Both the position numbers and the translations under genes were made by a program. Of a DNA stretch of 64,000 nucleotides, positions 26,250 through 39,570 are shown piece after piece (positions within the stretch are counted from its first letter, which is position 1; each line of letters begins with the position of its first letter). The notes beneath the pieces are model-generated. The model did not search any database and had not been told where the DNA came from. It was given only the letters and a program-made list of their open reading frames with translations. Location of the stretch: assembly GCF_036321535.1 (NCBI RefSeq), contig NC_087436.1:110486001-110550000 (forward strand), in the 5' to 3' direction. This DNA comes from Camelus dromedarius. Its lineage: Eukaryota.

Positions 26250-27040
26250 TCTGCAGATTAAATTCACATAAACTTGAGTTCTCAACATAAAATTTAACAA
26301 TTCATGAGAAAACAAGTTACCATAAGTGAAAAAAAAAAGAAGACAAGTCATGAAAATAGACCCCTAGGATTCCAAATAGTGTAATTCTCAAATCTGGAAT
26401 ATAAATTAACTGTCCTTGAAATGTTTAAATAATAGATGGAATTCAAAATATGAATAAGAAACAAGAGACTAAAATATATAACTATGCATCATTTAAAAAA
26501 TAATTTTTCTAAAAATGAAAAATGTCAACACTATGATTAAGACCTCAATACAGCTTAAATAAAAGCTTTGATAAAGCTGAAGAAATAGATGAAAGATACA
26601 TCTAAAGAAATTACAGAATGGCAGAACACATCATGGAAAGGTAGACAGGAAATACATGAAGACAAGACAAAGAAATATGGAGGAAAGGATGTTTACAAAA
26701 CTAACATGCTTTGACTTGGAATTCCAGAAGAAGAGACTAGAAAGAATAAAAGGAAGCAATATTAAAAGGGATCATAGTGGATAAATTTTAAGAATTGATA
26801 ATGATATAAAAATTCAAAAAGAGATTCACAAAAAGAAAATCCAGTAGGTAAAATAATAGAAATCTCGTAAACACTTGATAAATTTACATGATTTCATTAA
26901 CAAAGAAATGATTTTTAAAGCAAAGAAAAAACTGATTGTCTATTAGAGGAAAAGAAATTAAATACAAGAATTCTCAATGACAATAATGGAGATGTTGAGA
27001 GGAAATATATGTAAGTCTAAAATTCTCTTAACCACCTCAA
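26250..27040 (+). mobile_element. Ancient L1/HAL1 ORF1-region remnant
   Basis: A-rich coiled-coil-type remnant with AAAGCTGAAGAAA, GGAATTCCAGAAGAAGAG (G-I-P-E motif) and GAAGCAATATT. Confidence 0.65.
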
Positions 27041-27094
27041 TTATGGTTTTGGCAGTCAGAAAACAAAAACAAAAAACCCTGTAAATGCCAGCTA

Positions 27095-28280
27095 GGTATA
27101 GGTTGGTGAGTAGTGTTGTTCCAAACTTCTTTATAATTCCTAATGTTTTCCTACTTGTTCTATCAATTTATGAAAAATAGTTATCAAAATTTCCAATGGT
27201 GATTGTGGATTTTTATCTTTTCTCCCTTTAGTTCCATCACTGTTGGCTTCATCTACTTTGAAGCTCTGTTATTAGGTGCTCACACCTTTAAGTATTCACA
27301 CAGTCAGGATTGGATCTTTCTTAGCATTTCTTTTTTTTTTTTTTTTTTTTTACGCTTTATTTTTAATTTTTTGCTATACTTTGTATTAGTTTTAGTGGTT
27401 TCTCTAGGGACTATAGCATGCAACTATAAATTATCACAACCTACTCAGAACTAATATTATGCTACTTGTGTTAAGCAGTCTAATATTACAACACTATAAT
27501 TCCATTTAACCACTCTTTCATTTATACTGCTATCGCTGTATTTTCTACTTTTACACATATCATAAACCCAATAAAGTGTTATTATTTTTTTGTTAAACAG
27601 TCAATATTCCTTTTAAAGAAATTGAGAGACAAAAATAAATACGCATTTTCATTGTTGCCTAAATATTTATGATCCTGGTGCTCTTCATTCCTGCCTGTGG
27701 ATTCAAGTTTTTATCTGGCACCATTTCCCTTCAGACTGAATAATTTCCTCACAGAGTAGGTTTGCTGGTGATGAATTCTTATCATTTTTAATTTATATGA
27801 AAAGGCCTCTAATTGTGTTAATTTTTGAAATGTTTTGATTGGAAAGTGACTATACCATTTAGTATTCTCATCAACAGAGTGTGAGCTCCAGTTACTCTGA
27901 ATCTTTGACTTCACTTGCTATTGTCAGATTTTGTTTCTGTTTTTAGCTGGGTCTCCTTTTATTTCTCTCAACAGTGTCTGGTAGTTTCCAGCATTCAAAC
28001 TTTTGTCAAATTTATCCCTAAGTATTTCATGTTTTCAGGTATTATTGCATAGGACACTGTTTTTATTTCAGTCCAGTTGTTCAAGGCTAGCAAATAGAAA
28101 TACAACTTAGTTTTGTGCACTTACCTTCCATTCTATAGCATGACTAAACTCACCGATTTGTTCTTCAATAGTCTTTGCTAGATTCTTTGAGATTCATTAG
28201 AGACAATCATGTCATCTGTGTAAATGTTTCTCTTTATTCCTGATCTGTATATCTTTTATTTTCTTTTCTTGTCTTACCTT
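27095..28280 (-). mobile_element. Ancient L1 fragments (endonuclease, inter-ORF and RT parts)
   Basis: TACTTTGAAGCTCTGTTATTAGGTGC from the endonuclease region. The minus strand at ~28202-28222 reads YTDDMIV, equivalent to the RT FADDMIV motif. Confidence 0.8.
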
Positions 28281-28609
28281 GTACAGAACTTAGAGGTAGT
28301 GTTTTCGATTTAATCTGAACGTGCAGAGCCAAGCCACCTCACTTGAGACCTTCCAGGGCACTGCTCATGCTTCTTATTTCTCCTATTGACGTTGTGTTTT
28401 GAGTGTAAATACATTTGTGTAAACAACCCCTGGGCCTCATCTTCCCTCCAGTAGACATCACTGCAAGGTTAGATGTTTGGACACAGCATGTTTGTCAGAG
28501 CTGGCTTGGGGGTAAGGTTGGTCAGCCTGTGTTCACTGTTCCCTTCTACTGATTAGGGAGATTGGGATAGGTAATGATTCAGGGGTGCTTTTAAACACTT
28601 CATCATAAA

Positions 28610-29485
28610 CTTAACACATCTAAAACTGAGCTCTTTATTGCACACACACATACCCCTCCAGTCATATTTCCCATCTCAGAAAATAGAAAATAGCTCAGGC
28701 AACCCAGCTGCCTAAGCCAAAAACCTGACCGACATCCTTACTTTTCCTCTTCCTCTCATTTATGTGTTCGCACCCCCAGTAAATCCTGCTGATGCTACCT
28801 GTCCATCACTACTGATACCATCCATTGTATCAACAGGCCAGAGATGCCCCTGTATATTAGCCTAAAATGTTCCAGGTTGTTTCCTGCTTCACAGCAGGTC
28901 AGCACCATTAGCCCAAAGACTGCCAGTGCCAAACTCAAATTCTTACACATCCAATTATTTTAAATATAACCCCCTAAAATCTATATTTTTAGCTCTTAAG
29001 ATCCTACGTACTTCATACCCCATTAAACTACACTCAACATCCAAAAACCGTAAATACAACAAACCCTGTACTATAAAAGCCCCCAAATTGCTGCTGCCCT
29101 TTGGAGCTCTCCAAACCAGGAACTCCCCACCTTGCTGCAGAGTAAGATCACCTAGACATGCGATTTCCCCTCCTTCCTCCTGAGCGCCCCTGTTGTCTGC
29201 CCTCTGGGAGGTGGTCCCATGCTGCCTCCAGAAGGTTCCTTGCTAAGAGGGATTCTATCCAAGCACTGCCCAAAGAAAGCTTGTATATATGTCTGCCTAT
29301 TATGGTCTTGTCTCTTCCTTGATCAAGCACTAAGTCCCTGAACTTACCACATTGTCCTATTCTAAGTCACCAAGACCTGTCTTCTAAACTATAATCATCT
29401 CCCACCCATCTTGCCCACCCCAGCCACTCCATTCTCTACAAAACAGCCAGACTGAGCTTCCTTAAACGTAAAGCTGACTTTCACC
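28610..29485 (+). mobile_element. L2 fragment split by an ERVL-class LTR
   Basis: ACATCTAAAACTGAGCTC, TTCCCATCTCAG and AAGCCAAAAACCTG on the left. CCATTCTCTACAAAACAGCCAGA on the right. Confidence 0.6.
28826..29351 (+). mobile_element. ERVL-class solo LTR (MER54/MER74-like)
   Basis: TG...CA ends, TATAAAAG (~29072), CTGCTGCCCTTTGGAGCTCTC and TCCAAGCACTGCCCAAAGAAAGCTTG...TTCCTTGATCA. Confidence 0.6.
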
Positions 29486-29487
29486 CT

Positions 29488-30320
29488 CTGTTGATGAGAA
29501 TCCAAAATGGTACAGCCACTTTGGAAAATAATTTGTCTGTTTCTTACAAAGTGAAATATATACCTCGTGTACAATCCAGTGATTGCACTCCTAGACATCC
29601 ACCCAAGAGAAAGGACAGTAATACTCACACAAAAATGTATATGCTGACTGTGAATAAGTGTAACTAAAGATCGCTAATAAAAATGTTTAAAGAAAAGATT
29701 TTCTATTAATTGGAAACTAATTTATTGACTAAACAGGAAACACAGGAGAGAGAAAAAAACAAGTTAAACACCAGTGTGAAGCAACGAGACAAATTTAGAC
29801 TGTAGGGTGAAAAAAGATTCATTTTCCTCAACAAAAGGCAAATTTGAAAAGGCAAATTTGAGCAAGGGGCAGGGGAGCACCTTCTATTATGGAGTAAAGG
29901 AAACTTAAGACACAAAACAGCCAATTACAATAAAATACTTTAAGTAAATCTTGTTTGGATCCTGTTTTTTTTTTTAAAGTTGCTTTGAGACAATTGAGAA
30001 AATCTGAATATGAACTATTTATTCTTTATTATGAATGAATTATTGTTAATTTTGTTAGGTGTGATAATTGCACAGTGGTTGTGTAAAAAAACCCGATGCC
30101 CTTATCAGTTAGAAGTGCATACTGAAGAATTTACGAGGGTAATGGCAGTATTCTGGATTTGCTTTAAAAAAGTTTTGCACCAAAAACGGAGGGAGGTAGA
30201 TGATATAAGCTTGGCAACATGTTGAAAGCTGTTGAATCTGAGTAATGGGGACAAGGATATTTGTTATATCATTCTTTCTAACTTTGTGTTTGTTGGAAAT
30301 TTTCCATAAAAAAAATTTAA
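29488..30320 (+). mobile_element. Old L1 ORF2-end and L1ME4-like 3' UTR fragments
   Basis: AAAATGGTACAGCCACTTTGGAAAA...CACTCCTAG and GAATTATTGTTAATTTTGTTAGGTGTGATAAT...GGAAATTTTCCATAAAAAA. Confidence 0.8.
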
Positions 30321-30414
30321 ACCTCATATAATATGATAGAAAATAAAAATAACTTATGTAACACTTATAAAATATGCTTCTAGATCTAGCTCTGAAGGTG
30401 CGAAGTGAGACATT

Positions 30415-30498
30415 TGTGTGTGTGTGCATATGCATGCGGACCCATGTGTTTACACGTGTATGTGCATGCGTATGCATTTGTGTGTACATGTGTGTGAG
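30415..30498. repeat. Degenerate alternating purine-pyrimidine (TG/CA) microsatellite
   Basis: TGTGTGTGTGTGCATATGCATGCG...GTGTATGTGCATGCGTATGC... Confidence 0.85.
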
Positions 30499-31587
30499 TA
30501 TTTATCATCACATTATTATTATCACTACCTCATTTCACACTCACTTCTCATTTTTCACTTGAAGCTATTTTTCTCTGAAAACAATGAAAGTGGTCTACCT
30601 TTAACCAAAGAGAACATAAATTTGTTCCATTTCTGTCATCCATTTTGTCATCGGACTATCTTTAATTCTCAGAAATTAAGTGCAACTGTAGGAGAAAGAG
30701 TAAATTTCCAGTGTAATCTAAAAGACTGAAGAGAAAATTGATTCTCTGGAGAACAGGGCTCTGGTTAATGGAGGGTTACATATGACCTGAGACGTTTGGT
30801 AGCTCCCTGTAGGAGTAACTTTGAAGAGTTCCATATAGAATGGCTTCTAAGTGGATCTAAAATGCTGATTTTCATTCTGAAAGTCTGGGATGGGACAGGA
30901 GGTGTTGCATACCCATAAGGTCCCAAGTGATTTAGATGCCGCCAGTCCATGACATTGAGTGACAAGGCCCCGTTGATTCATGGTAAATTTCTACAGAATA
31001 AAATATTCTCAATTGAGATCCACTGGGAAATAAATTTTTGTCAACTTAAAGATTATATCTCTCTGCTAAGCCTTTGATTGATCTTGGATAGATGTGGACT
31101 GCTGATTCAGAAGGGTTCCCCCCCCCCCCTTAAATTAGGTGGCCCACAGTCCGGCAATCCCCATCTACCTCCAGCAGTCTCATGATAGGACTAGCCCCCT
31201 TCAGACTCATTTCAGTTTTATGATTTCAGTTTTGTAATTTCAGTTGTGCAAAGCCCTGAGATTACTGTATTATCAAGTAATTCTTAGCTTATAGATGCCA
31301 ACTGAGTAAACATACATCGACAAACCCCAAGATACACACTGCCTATCAAATTTAAAATAATTAGATGACAAATTTAAGACTTCAACTCATACATGCTAAT
31401 AGTTCTCTTGTGATCCATTTCAAGAATATAAAATGTCTTAGGATCATGCAGTCCAAGTCATTAAAGATGATTAGTTAAGACTTTTAAGTGAAAATTTTCC
31501 TTAATTAATGAAAGAACAAGTGAAAACTGTGCCAAACTTTGTACAAAGCAGATTCTACAACAGACATCATTAGATGGCTTCAGTTTC

Positions 31588-31665
31588 TGTGTGTGTGTGT
31601 GTATAGTATGTTTTATGTATACATAATATATGTTTTATACATGTGTGCATGTATGTGTGTATATA
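31588..31665. repeat. (TG)n/(TA)n degenerate microsatellite
   Basis: Seen directly. Confidence 0.8.
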
Positions 31666-32694
31666 TTTCATAAACAATAATTCAGATCTTTTTCTCCAAA
31701 TCCAGTTTCTTGCACTTTTGTTTTCTGAATACGTGTGAATGAGATGGTTTACCTTAAACAATCCCAGCTGTTGGGGGTGCATTGCACAGGAGAGCTGAAC
31801 GTGTTACTGCATTTAGCTGATTTTAGTAGCCACTCTGCCTTCACCCCAGAGCTGCCCCCAAAAGTCACCCTGCGGGGACCGCAGAGCCATCTGCTTCATA
31901 TTTCGCTCTGCTCACGGTGCAGTGTTCTATTTCAGCTTTCTCTGCTCTGGGTCCGACTGATGACATTCGAGGTGGCTGCGACCCACAGTGATGAGGATCG
32001 CAGAAGATGATGGGCTCGTTAAGCACATCTCATTTTAGACAAACTGCAAGTGGCATTTTGTTTATATGGTTCATTTCGCCAACAAATTAGATTTCAAATT
32101 GATTGCTTTCCAAAATGGCTTTGTTCATCAATTCCGAGACCAGGCAATTACAATCAGAATCCTAGTAATTAATGGTGTCCTATATTAAAAATGTTTTTTA
32201 AACAGCAAGGCATTCATGAATTTCAACAGAATGTAAAAACTTTGACTCTTAATTTTGCTCAAGCACTATACAGTGTAGAAACGAAATACTTGTCCTTGAA
32301 CAGGTTTACTCAGAAAAAAAAAAAGATATAACAGCTCAGAAAAAGGGCATGGAAAAAGCAATTTCTGGTGTGTGGCTTTTTAAGAAATTCATGCACAAGG
32401 TGTGTAAGTTAGTGGAGTTATTGCTCATTCTTCAATTTCATCCTTAAAAAGATTATTTTTTATGTGTGTCTCTGAAATAAAAGTAGACATTGGAAAAGGC
32501 TAGGAAGCTTCCATGGGTTTTTCTTAAACTTTCATTGCCAAAGTTTATAGTAATTAGCTATAGCTTTTTACTGCCAATAATAGCACAGTACTTCTGAATC
32601 CTTGTAGAATTATTACTGGGCTCCAATCCTACCTTCACCACATCATGATGAATTTTGGATAATTTTCACAATCTTTCTATTGTAAAATAAAACA

Positions 32695-32930
32695 AAAATT
32701 TAGATAACCACATAACTAAAAGGTATAGCTTTATTAATTATCATTACCACTCAGAAAACCACCCAAGGCAAGAAATAGTCTTTTGTTCCCTATTTGAAAA
32801 ATCCCTTTCATGGGCCCCATCCATATCATATCCTCTTCCTCTTTTTACTCTCCCCTATTATCCTGACTTTTATAGTAATTACTTCCCTATACTTAAGAAA
32901 AAGTTAAATTGCCCAAATAGGCATCCCTAG
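32695..32930 (-). mobile_element. Ancient L1ME-like 3' end fragment
   Basis: AACCACCCAAGGCAAGAAATAG and CTATTATCCTGACTTTTATAGTAATTACTTCC. Confidence 0.55.
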
Positions 32931-34314
32931 GCTTGGATTCAGCTATTTCTCCAGAAATTGGAAAAGTTACTTTACATGTCCAAATTCTAACCTAGAAATC
33001 TCTAAAACTCAGATTGTTTAGCTCCTAGGTGTGTTTATGTATATGTGGACTTAGCACAGAGAAGATGTCCACCCTTGCTCTTGTTTATCTTATTCCTTTA
33101 AATAGAAAGGCAAGATGGCTTGCAGAGAAGACAGCGGGGACAAAGGTTGGACCCCAGAGGAAAAGGAAAAGTCTTGCATAAAAGAGCAACACAGTGTATT
33201 CAACCTTGATTGACACACTTTGAAGGAAAAATCATGAAGAAGACCCCATCACTCCAGCTACTTACGAAAACATCGATTCAGAAACGAAAGACTTTCCTTC
33301 TTGAATGTGTTCTCTGGACCCTTCAAGACTGACACTTACGCTTTTTAATCTCAGCTCTGGTTCTAATGGACACTGTGACATTTGGTGAGCTACTTTAAAA
33401 ACTGAGATTTCTAATCTGGAAAGAATAGATCACCTTTGAATTTGAATCTCTCTCTACACTGTAAACACAGAGAAGTAAATTTTCAACTAAGAATAATTTT
33501 ATCAAGGTCAAAGCACAGAAACTCAGTTCACCTGATTCCAGTCTCAAATTTTTTTGACCAACACAAGTAAGTTCTCTCCAGAAACATTGCACTTATTCTG
33601 TTATTTCCCTGACCCCAAATTTTGCCGTAGTTTCTCATGCCGACTGAATAACGTCCTACATCTTCATCAGGCACTCTTGTCCAATGTCAGTCCTCTGCCA
33701 TTGCTTGGCCAGCCAGATCATGCTTTCCTCCATAGGCTTGTTTTTCAAAAGGAAAGAACATTTCAGCAGCCTCCTCTGTGTATAATGAGAGGAGTTCCTG
33801 AAACAGATTCTTTCATTACTGAGCAGAGCAGTGAGTATGAGACTACAAAAAGGAAGCACACTGGGGCTCTGGGTTGAGGTGGGATGCTGGAGTCCTCCAG
33901 GTCAGGAACGATGGAACCAGTATTCCAAGAGAAGCTGTGGAGAGTTAGCTTTTTGGAAGAGCAGAGAGATAAGATAGGATCAGAAGAGAGATTTGGAGAA
34001 GATTACAGAGTGGTCCAAAGAGAGACCCATGATGTTTGATCATACGAAGTGTCATGAACTCTTTCTTTCATCTCTCCAAGGTATCTTAAGAAAACAATCT
34101 ATTTCTTGCTTATTTATTGTGGGAGATTAAGAGTTTCTGAGATGTGTCAAAGAAAAAAGTCTTGCTGCAAGATTGGCATAAACACAGAGGCTACCCCCAG
34201 GGATCCCTACAATTATTAGGTGTGCTTGGACATTTTGACTTCCTTTATTCATGCTCTTCATTACTTAAGAGTATTATTTCTGCCTCTGATTATGTATGTG
34301 TTATATATCATTAA

Positions 34315-34520
34315 TAAATACCTACTGTGCAACCAGCACTGTTTAAACCTTGCATTTAATTCTCACAATGCCTTAAGGTACTTTTATTATCCCCACTTTA
34401 CAGATGAGGCTTAGTGAGATTACGTGGCTTGTCCAGGACGTGTAACTAGTGAGCAATGGAGTGTGGACATGACCTCAGGCAGCCTGGTTTCAGAGTCCAT
34501 GCTCTCAACCACCACACTCT
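34315..34520 (-). mobile_element. Near full-length MIR
   Basis: CATTTAATTCTCACAA...TTATTATCCCCACTTTACAGATGAGG...CAGAGTCCATGCTCTCAACCAC. Confidence 0.9.
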
Positions 34521-36064
34521 CCTCGCTCTTAAATACCACTCCTCTGGTACATGTCAATCAGCTATCTTGATGGAAGTTAAATAATTTCCAGGTCAAGGAA
34601 CCAGTGTAAGTACCAGAGATTTTGATCTAAGACCCTCTACTCTATACTCAAACTCTTACCTACTATGCAGCCTTATATTATAAACCATTATCAAGCCTGT
34701 AGCATTAAAAACAACCATGCAAAATACTGCATCACTTCATTAGGTAGGATGACATGTATAAAGATGAATTTTTATGATTTTAATAGTATTCATTTAAGAG
34801 TATGTATTGAGTGTTCTTATGAATTCCTAGGAATGAAGTACATCTGGCAGCCAGGGATAATCCCCTAATCATATAAGTTTTAGAGAAGTAGAATTTGAAA
34901 CTGTGTATGGAAGACCATGGCTAGCAATTGGAATTGCCTGAAAATGTTAAGAGGTGGTAAAATATGAATGTCCTGTGTGAGGCTGCATATTCTTTATTGC
35001 CATAGGTTTGAAGCAGAAACATTTAGATAATAGTCCTCCAGAAATGATGGGAAGTGTGGACTACACGCTTCGGTCAGAGGACTGGACTACAGGTTCTTTC
35101 TATTCCTAAAAGCACTAAAAGTTTACAATTCTATTATTTTAACACAATCTAACGTACATAAAGGACACTTAACAAACGTCACTGGATCATGACAATTACA
35201 CACATACACACCCCCAACAGCGCCATATATACAGAATAATGCTAAGAACATTATGCATGTCTTAGTAATCTCATTCATTTAAATTCCTGTCTTCCTGAAT
35301 GGATGTAGCAATTCTTCCTATAATTTAAATTCAAATTGACAATATTTGAATTTCTTTTTAGAAACAATAATTTTCTGAAAAATGATTCTTCATTTGCCCG
35401 AATAGCATAAACTTGAATATTTCCTTCATCAGGAGAAAAATTTATACTTTTTTTTTTTACAAATTAATGCCTCCATTTGTATTCTAAAGACAATGATGTT
35501 ATATGAGAAAACTGAGTGATTACAATTTTGAATTGATTTAATGTCCATTACAGTCCCCTCTATTGAGCTTTTAAGATTTTAGAAAGGAAATGCAAATTAA
35601 ATCGTGTGAGGAAGAGATAAATGCCTCTTTCATTCATAATAAATTGATCTAAAAAGCTTACTGATCATCCAAATGCTACATCTGGACTTGTTGTATCACA
35701 TGGAAATTCATTATAGAAAATATACTATGCAGATTGAGATGGCTAATGCAGCGTGTAAACTATAATTTCTGCTATGATTTAAAATTATACTTTCTCATCT
35801 AAATGAAGATTGCTTTGACAGGCATTCATCAGCTGCCTCCTGTTTTTGCATTTGACTCAAATTATTTGGTATAAATATTTGCAAGAAACACCTATCATGT
35901 AAAAGATATGCTCAGGAGGTCATATTATTTGCCTAATTCCTGAAAAATAAACACTGCTTTGGTCTACATGACACTATGTTATCCAGCTACTACGTGAAAC
36001 ATTAGTCAGAAACTTAGGTTTTTGGTGCATATCAAATGGCTACCTAACTCTTAATCCTCTAAAG

Positions 36065-36425
36065 CAGTCTTATCCAATGGAAATAAGTGTGAGCCACAAA
36101 TACAGGGCATACATGAAGTTTTAAATTTTCTAGAGATGCTAAAATACAGTCTTCACTGTCAAACAATTGAAGATAATTGTAATAATATATTTTATTTGTA
36201 TATATATACGAAATACTTTTATTTCAACATAAAATCATCATAAAATATTATCTTTTATATTCTTTTATTCTGTAATAAGTCTTTGAAATTTGGTGCATTT
36301 ATACTAACAGTACATCTCAGTTTGGATTAGCCACATTTCAAGTGCTCAATAGCTCCATATTGCTACTTCAAATCCTGCCTTTTATAAGCAAAGGAAGCTG
36401 GTGTCTACTGTTCTGGGCAACACAA
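36065..36425. mobile_element. MER33-like hAT-Charlie element
   Basis: TCCAATGGAAATAAGTGTGAGCCACA...CATCTCAGTTTGGATTAGCCACATTTCAAGTGCTCAATAGC. 8-bp TSD CTCTAAAG (36057-36064) / CTCTAAAA (36426-36433). Confidence 0.85.
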
Positions 36426-36717
36426 CTCTAAAAGCTAAGTCCCTGCTTTTCAGCCCTTTTCCTATTGCATATAACAATAACAGTCACCTATGTTTCAACA
36501 TCATTTAACCCTAGTGAGAAAAAATTCTGCCAGGATATTAAAATCTCCAACCACAATAATGAGTGGATATAAAAGCAGTTTGGACTTTTACTATCTAAAT
36601 TCTCATACTTCAGAGGAACGGAGCAAGAAAGGTTTCTCAGCCTCCCTTACTATCATGGATGTAGATGCAATTGGTTAGACTAGCCCCTGTTGGTCTTACC
36701 TTTGGTACCAAGGATAA

Positions 36718-36831
36718 TTTTTGTTTGTTTGTTTGTTTTCTTTAATTGTTTTTGTTTTTGGTTACTTGGTGGGTTTGTTTTTTGTTTTTCTTTTTTTTTT
36801 TTTTTTTTTTTTTGGTCTGTTTGTTTTCTTT
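36718..36831. repeat. T-rich (GTTT)n/poly(T) tract
   Basis: Seen directly. Confidence 0.85.
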
Positions 36832-37769
36832 ACCCTGATAACTGTGCTAAAGAATCCTAGTGGAGCCCAGCTCTGTACCACAGAATGCCACCTGCAGATA
36901 AGAAAGATTAAAATCCTTACCTGGTTCTATCATCTACATTCATTCCCTGAATTCTGCTGCCTTTAGATTCAACTGGAAAGAGGAATCTATTCAATCAGGG
37001 GACTTGCCATGGTCCACAGTGATGTGTATATATACCCCACTGATGTTCGCCATACAACCTGCATAACTGTATTTAATTTGAATTAGTTGACCATACTTAA
37101 AAATCAGGAGATTTCAGAAGAATCTGATTTGCAATTTTTATGTGTGAAAAAGTATATCTGATGATCCCAAATCCCAGTTCTTGCATGGGATCCTGACATT
37201 CTAAACCCCCACCCATTTGACCAACTGAGTACTCTGGAATTGTGTACACCCCTTGCTGGGTGTGTTTGTGTTATTGGATTTGGACTGCTGAGCACAGCCA
37301 GGGACAGGCTCCAGCCTTTCAGTCTTACTTAACCAGCTCATGACTCAGTGTCAACTTGCCCCTGCCTCTTTGGGGCCCTAACATCAATGGCACTGATGAC
37401 TTGGCTTGTTGTAATTATTTTCCCTTGGTCACCAAGGTGCACATAAAACAAAGCTGGATTAATCTCTGTTACAGAACTTATTTAAGAATCAATAGCCATG
37501 CTGTTATTGAATTATATGTGAAATGAAACCCTAACTCAACAAAGAGACAGATCTCTTGATCAGTATTATGCACAATGTCTTCTTAGATTGGACAATGACT
37601 ATTCAGTTTGTACCTGGAATTTCATTAATATAGGCCTTTATACATTTCCTTGAAAATTGTGCTTTCTAAACCTCACATTTGGTTCCTAAATCCTCAACTT
37701 GTCCCTCCACTTAACTTGTCGGAGAATCTTGATTACTATATTAATATTCCTGTTTTTATCAAGCTGTCT

Positions 37770-37912
37770 ACATTAGTTTCCTGGCCCTGTTATTACAGAT
37801 TACCACAAAATGGGTAGCTTAAAACAATGATGATTTATCCTCTCACCATTCTAGGTGCCAGAAGCCTGAAATCAAGGTGTCAGCAGGGGGACACTCCAAA
37901 ATCTCTAGGAGA
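37770..37912 (-). mobile_element. MLT1 LTR 3' fragment
   Basis: ATTAGTTTCCT...TTACCACAAAATGGGTAGCTTAAAACAA...CCAGAAGCCTGAAATCAAGGTGTCAGCAGGG. Confidence 0.8.
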
Positions 37913-37944
37913 AATTTCATTCATATCTCGTCCAGGTCATGCAT

Positions 37945-38165
37945 TGTTTGAAAGCTTTGCATTTAGGCACTGGAGTGAAAACACTTGGGTCCAAATCCTG
38001 ACTTCATGATGTACTAGCTGTGCAGACTTAGGAAGGGCACTGCAGTTTTTAACTGTGAATTAAGCTGAATGATGGTAATCATCTCACAGGGTTGTCATTG
38101 ATTTAAATGAGATGATGCCAATAAGCCATCTGGAACAGAGCCTATACAGAGTAAGAGTTTAAAAA
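37945..38165 (+). mobile_element. MIR SINE
   Basis: GGCACTGGAGT...TGGGTCCAAATCCTGACT...TACTAGCTGTG...TCTCACAGGGTTGT...TTAAATGAGATGATG. Confidence 0.8.
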
Positions 38166-38644
38166 GTTTTTCATAATCTTCATTACTGGAGGTATAGTAA
38201 CTTTTAGTTATCTTTATAAATCTGAATTGCAAGCTTTTTGGGAGTGCGCCTATAATCTGGTCTCCACTACCAAGCCACGGTGTACAGATAAATGCTTAAT
38301 ACAACCAAACATTTATTTACTGAAACCCACATAAGTAGAACTAAATCCCAGCTACTCCTTAGGAGTCACTGTAAAGAACTTTATGCCACTATTATTACCA
38401 AACTATTCTCTGTAGTATAACTGCTCTCTGTAGTGTCCCTATACTGATATCTGGAAATATCAGTCAGAAGGACCTATAAGCTATTAAACTTTTACATGAG
38501 TGCCCTGGCATACATCGTACCTTCCTTGATGAAACAACTTTAATTCCCTCTCCTTGGTGAATGTGTTTATATCATTCCATCTGCCTCTAAATTCCTCCCA
38601 TACTTAATGTCTTGCCAGGTATTCAAAACTTACCATATTGAACT

Positions 38645-38912
38645 ATGATTTTCAATCCATGGTTTATAACCTCTTAAGGGATGATGAAATCAATTCAGTA
38701 GGAGTCAAAGAGAAGCTTGTAAAAAAATGAAGTCCAGTGGAATAGAATAGAATGAAACAGAAAACAAGGCAATATACAGGAGTGGACAAGTCAGATAAAT
38801 GAGAAAAAAAATACTGTTTTGTAAAGCTTTTGCTTCTATTTTACATGTTCATATGCATAAATATATCCATGTATTCTGCCGGTAATGTAAAATGTGTTTC
38901 TCACCAGGAGTT
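38645..38912. mobile_element. Charlie4-like hAT fragment
   Basis: GATGAAATCAATTCAGTAG, GAATAGAATAGAA, TGTTTTGTAAAGCTTTTG and ATGTAAAATGTGTTTCTCAC. Confidence 0.6.
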
Positions 38913-39019
38913 TTAGGCATTTGCTAATAAACATACACCCATTTCAGACATCATAGAAGGATATTCCATGCTGTGGTAGATCACATTTTGGCTCAATTCT
39001 TTTTTTCTCTTTTTTCTAC

Positions 39020-39570
39020 TTTTTTTTTTATGTTGAAGACTTACAAACCTATAGAAAAAATAGTATGATGAACACCATATATTCTTTGTGTGAATTTATA
39101 AATTTTTAAGATTTTGATGCTTTGGAATTTTCTTTCTAATTACACACATTATTATTACTACTCTTATTCTTAATCTTATTGTTTTTCTTCTAGGCCATTG
39201 AAAATATGTCATAGGTATCATGACTTTTTCATTGCTAACTACTCATTACGTATCATCTAAGAACAAGCATATTCTCTTACCTAACCACAGTACAATTACC
39301 AAATTCAATAACTCTAATATTTTAAAAATACTATTATCTGACATACAGAACATAACCAAGTTTTGCCAACCTCCGTAATAATGTCCTTTTTATTAACTAT
39401 TTTTTGGATCTAATCCAGGATTGTGCATCACATTTATTTGCCTTGCCTTGCTGTCCTCTTCAATTCTAGAAGAGTTCCTCAATGTTCAGTGTATCACATC
39501 ACGTTCTGTTACCACACAAATTTTCATCTGATGGTTTTGATGATTCTTGCCTGAATCAATTACTGCTACG
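39020..39570 (-). mobile_element. L1MC4-like 3' end
   Basis: CTAAGAACAAGCATATTCTCTTACCTAACCACAGTACAATTACCAAATTCA and ATAATGTCCTTT...AATCCAGGAT. Confidence 0.75.

Noticed and set aside
30109..30729. His/Thr- and Cys/Val-rich ORFs
   Set aside because: These are translations of the TG/CA microsatellite and an L1 3' UTR.
31955..32015. C/D snoRNA-like boxes (CTGA, GTGATGA)
   Set aside because: The boxes are in the wrong order, with no downstream D box or terminal stem.
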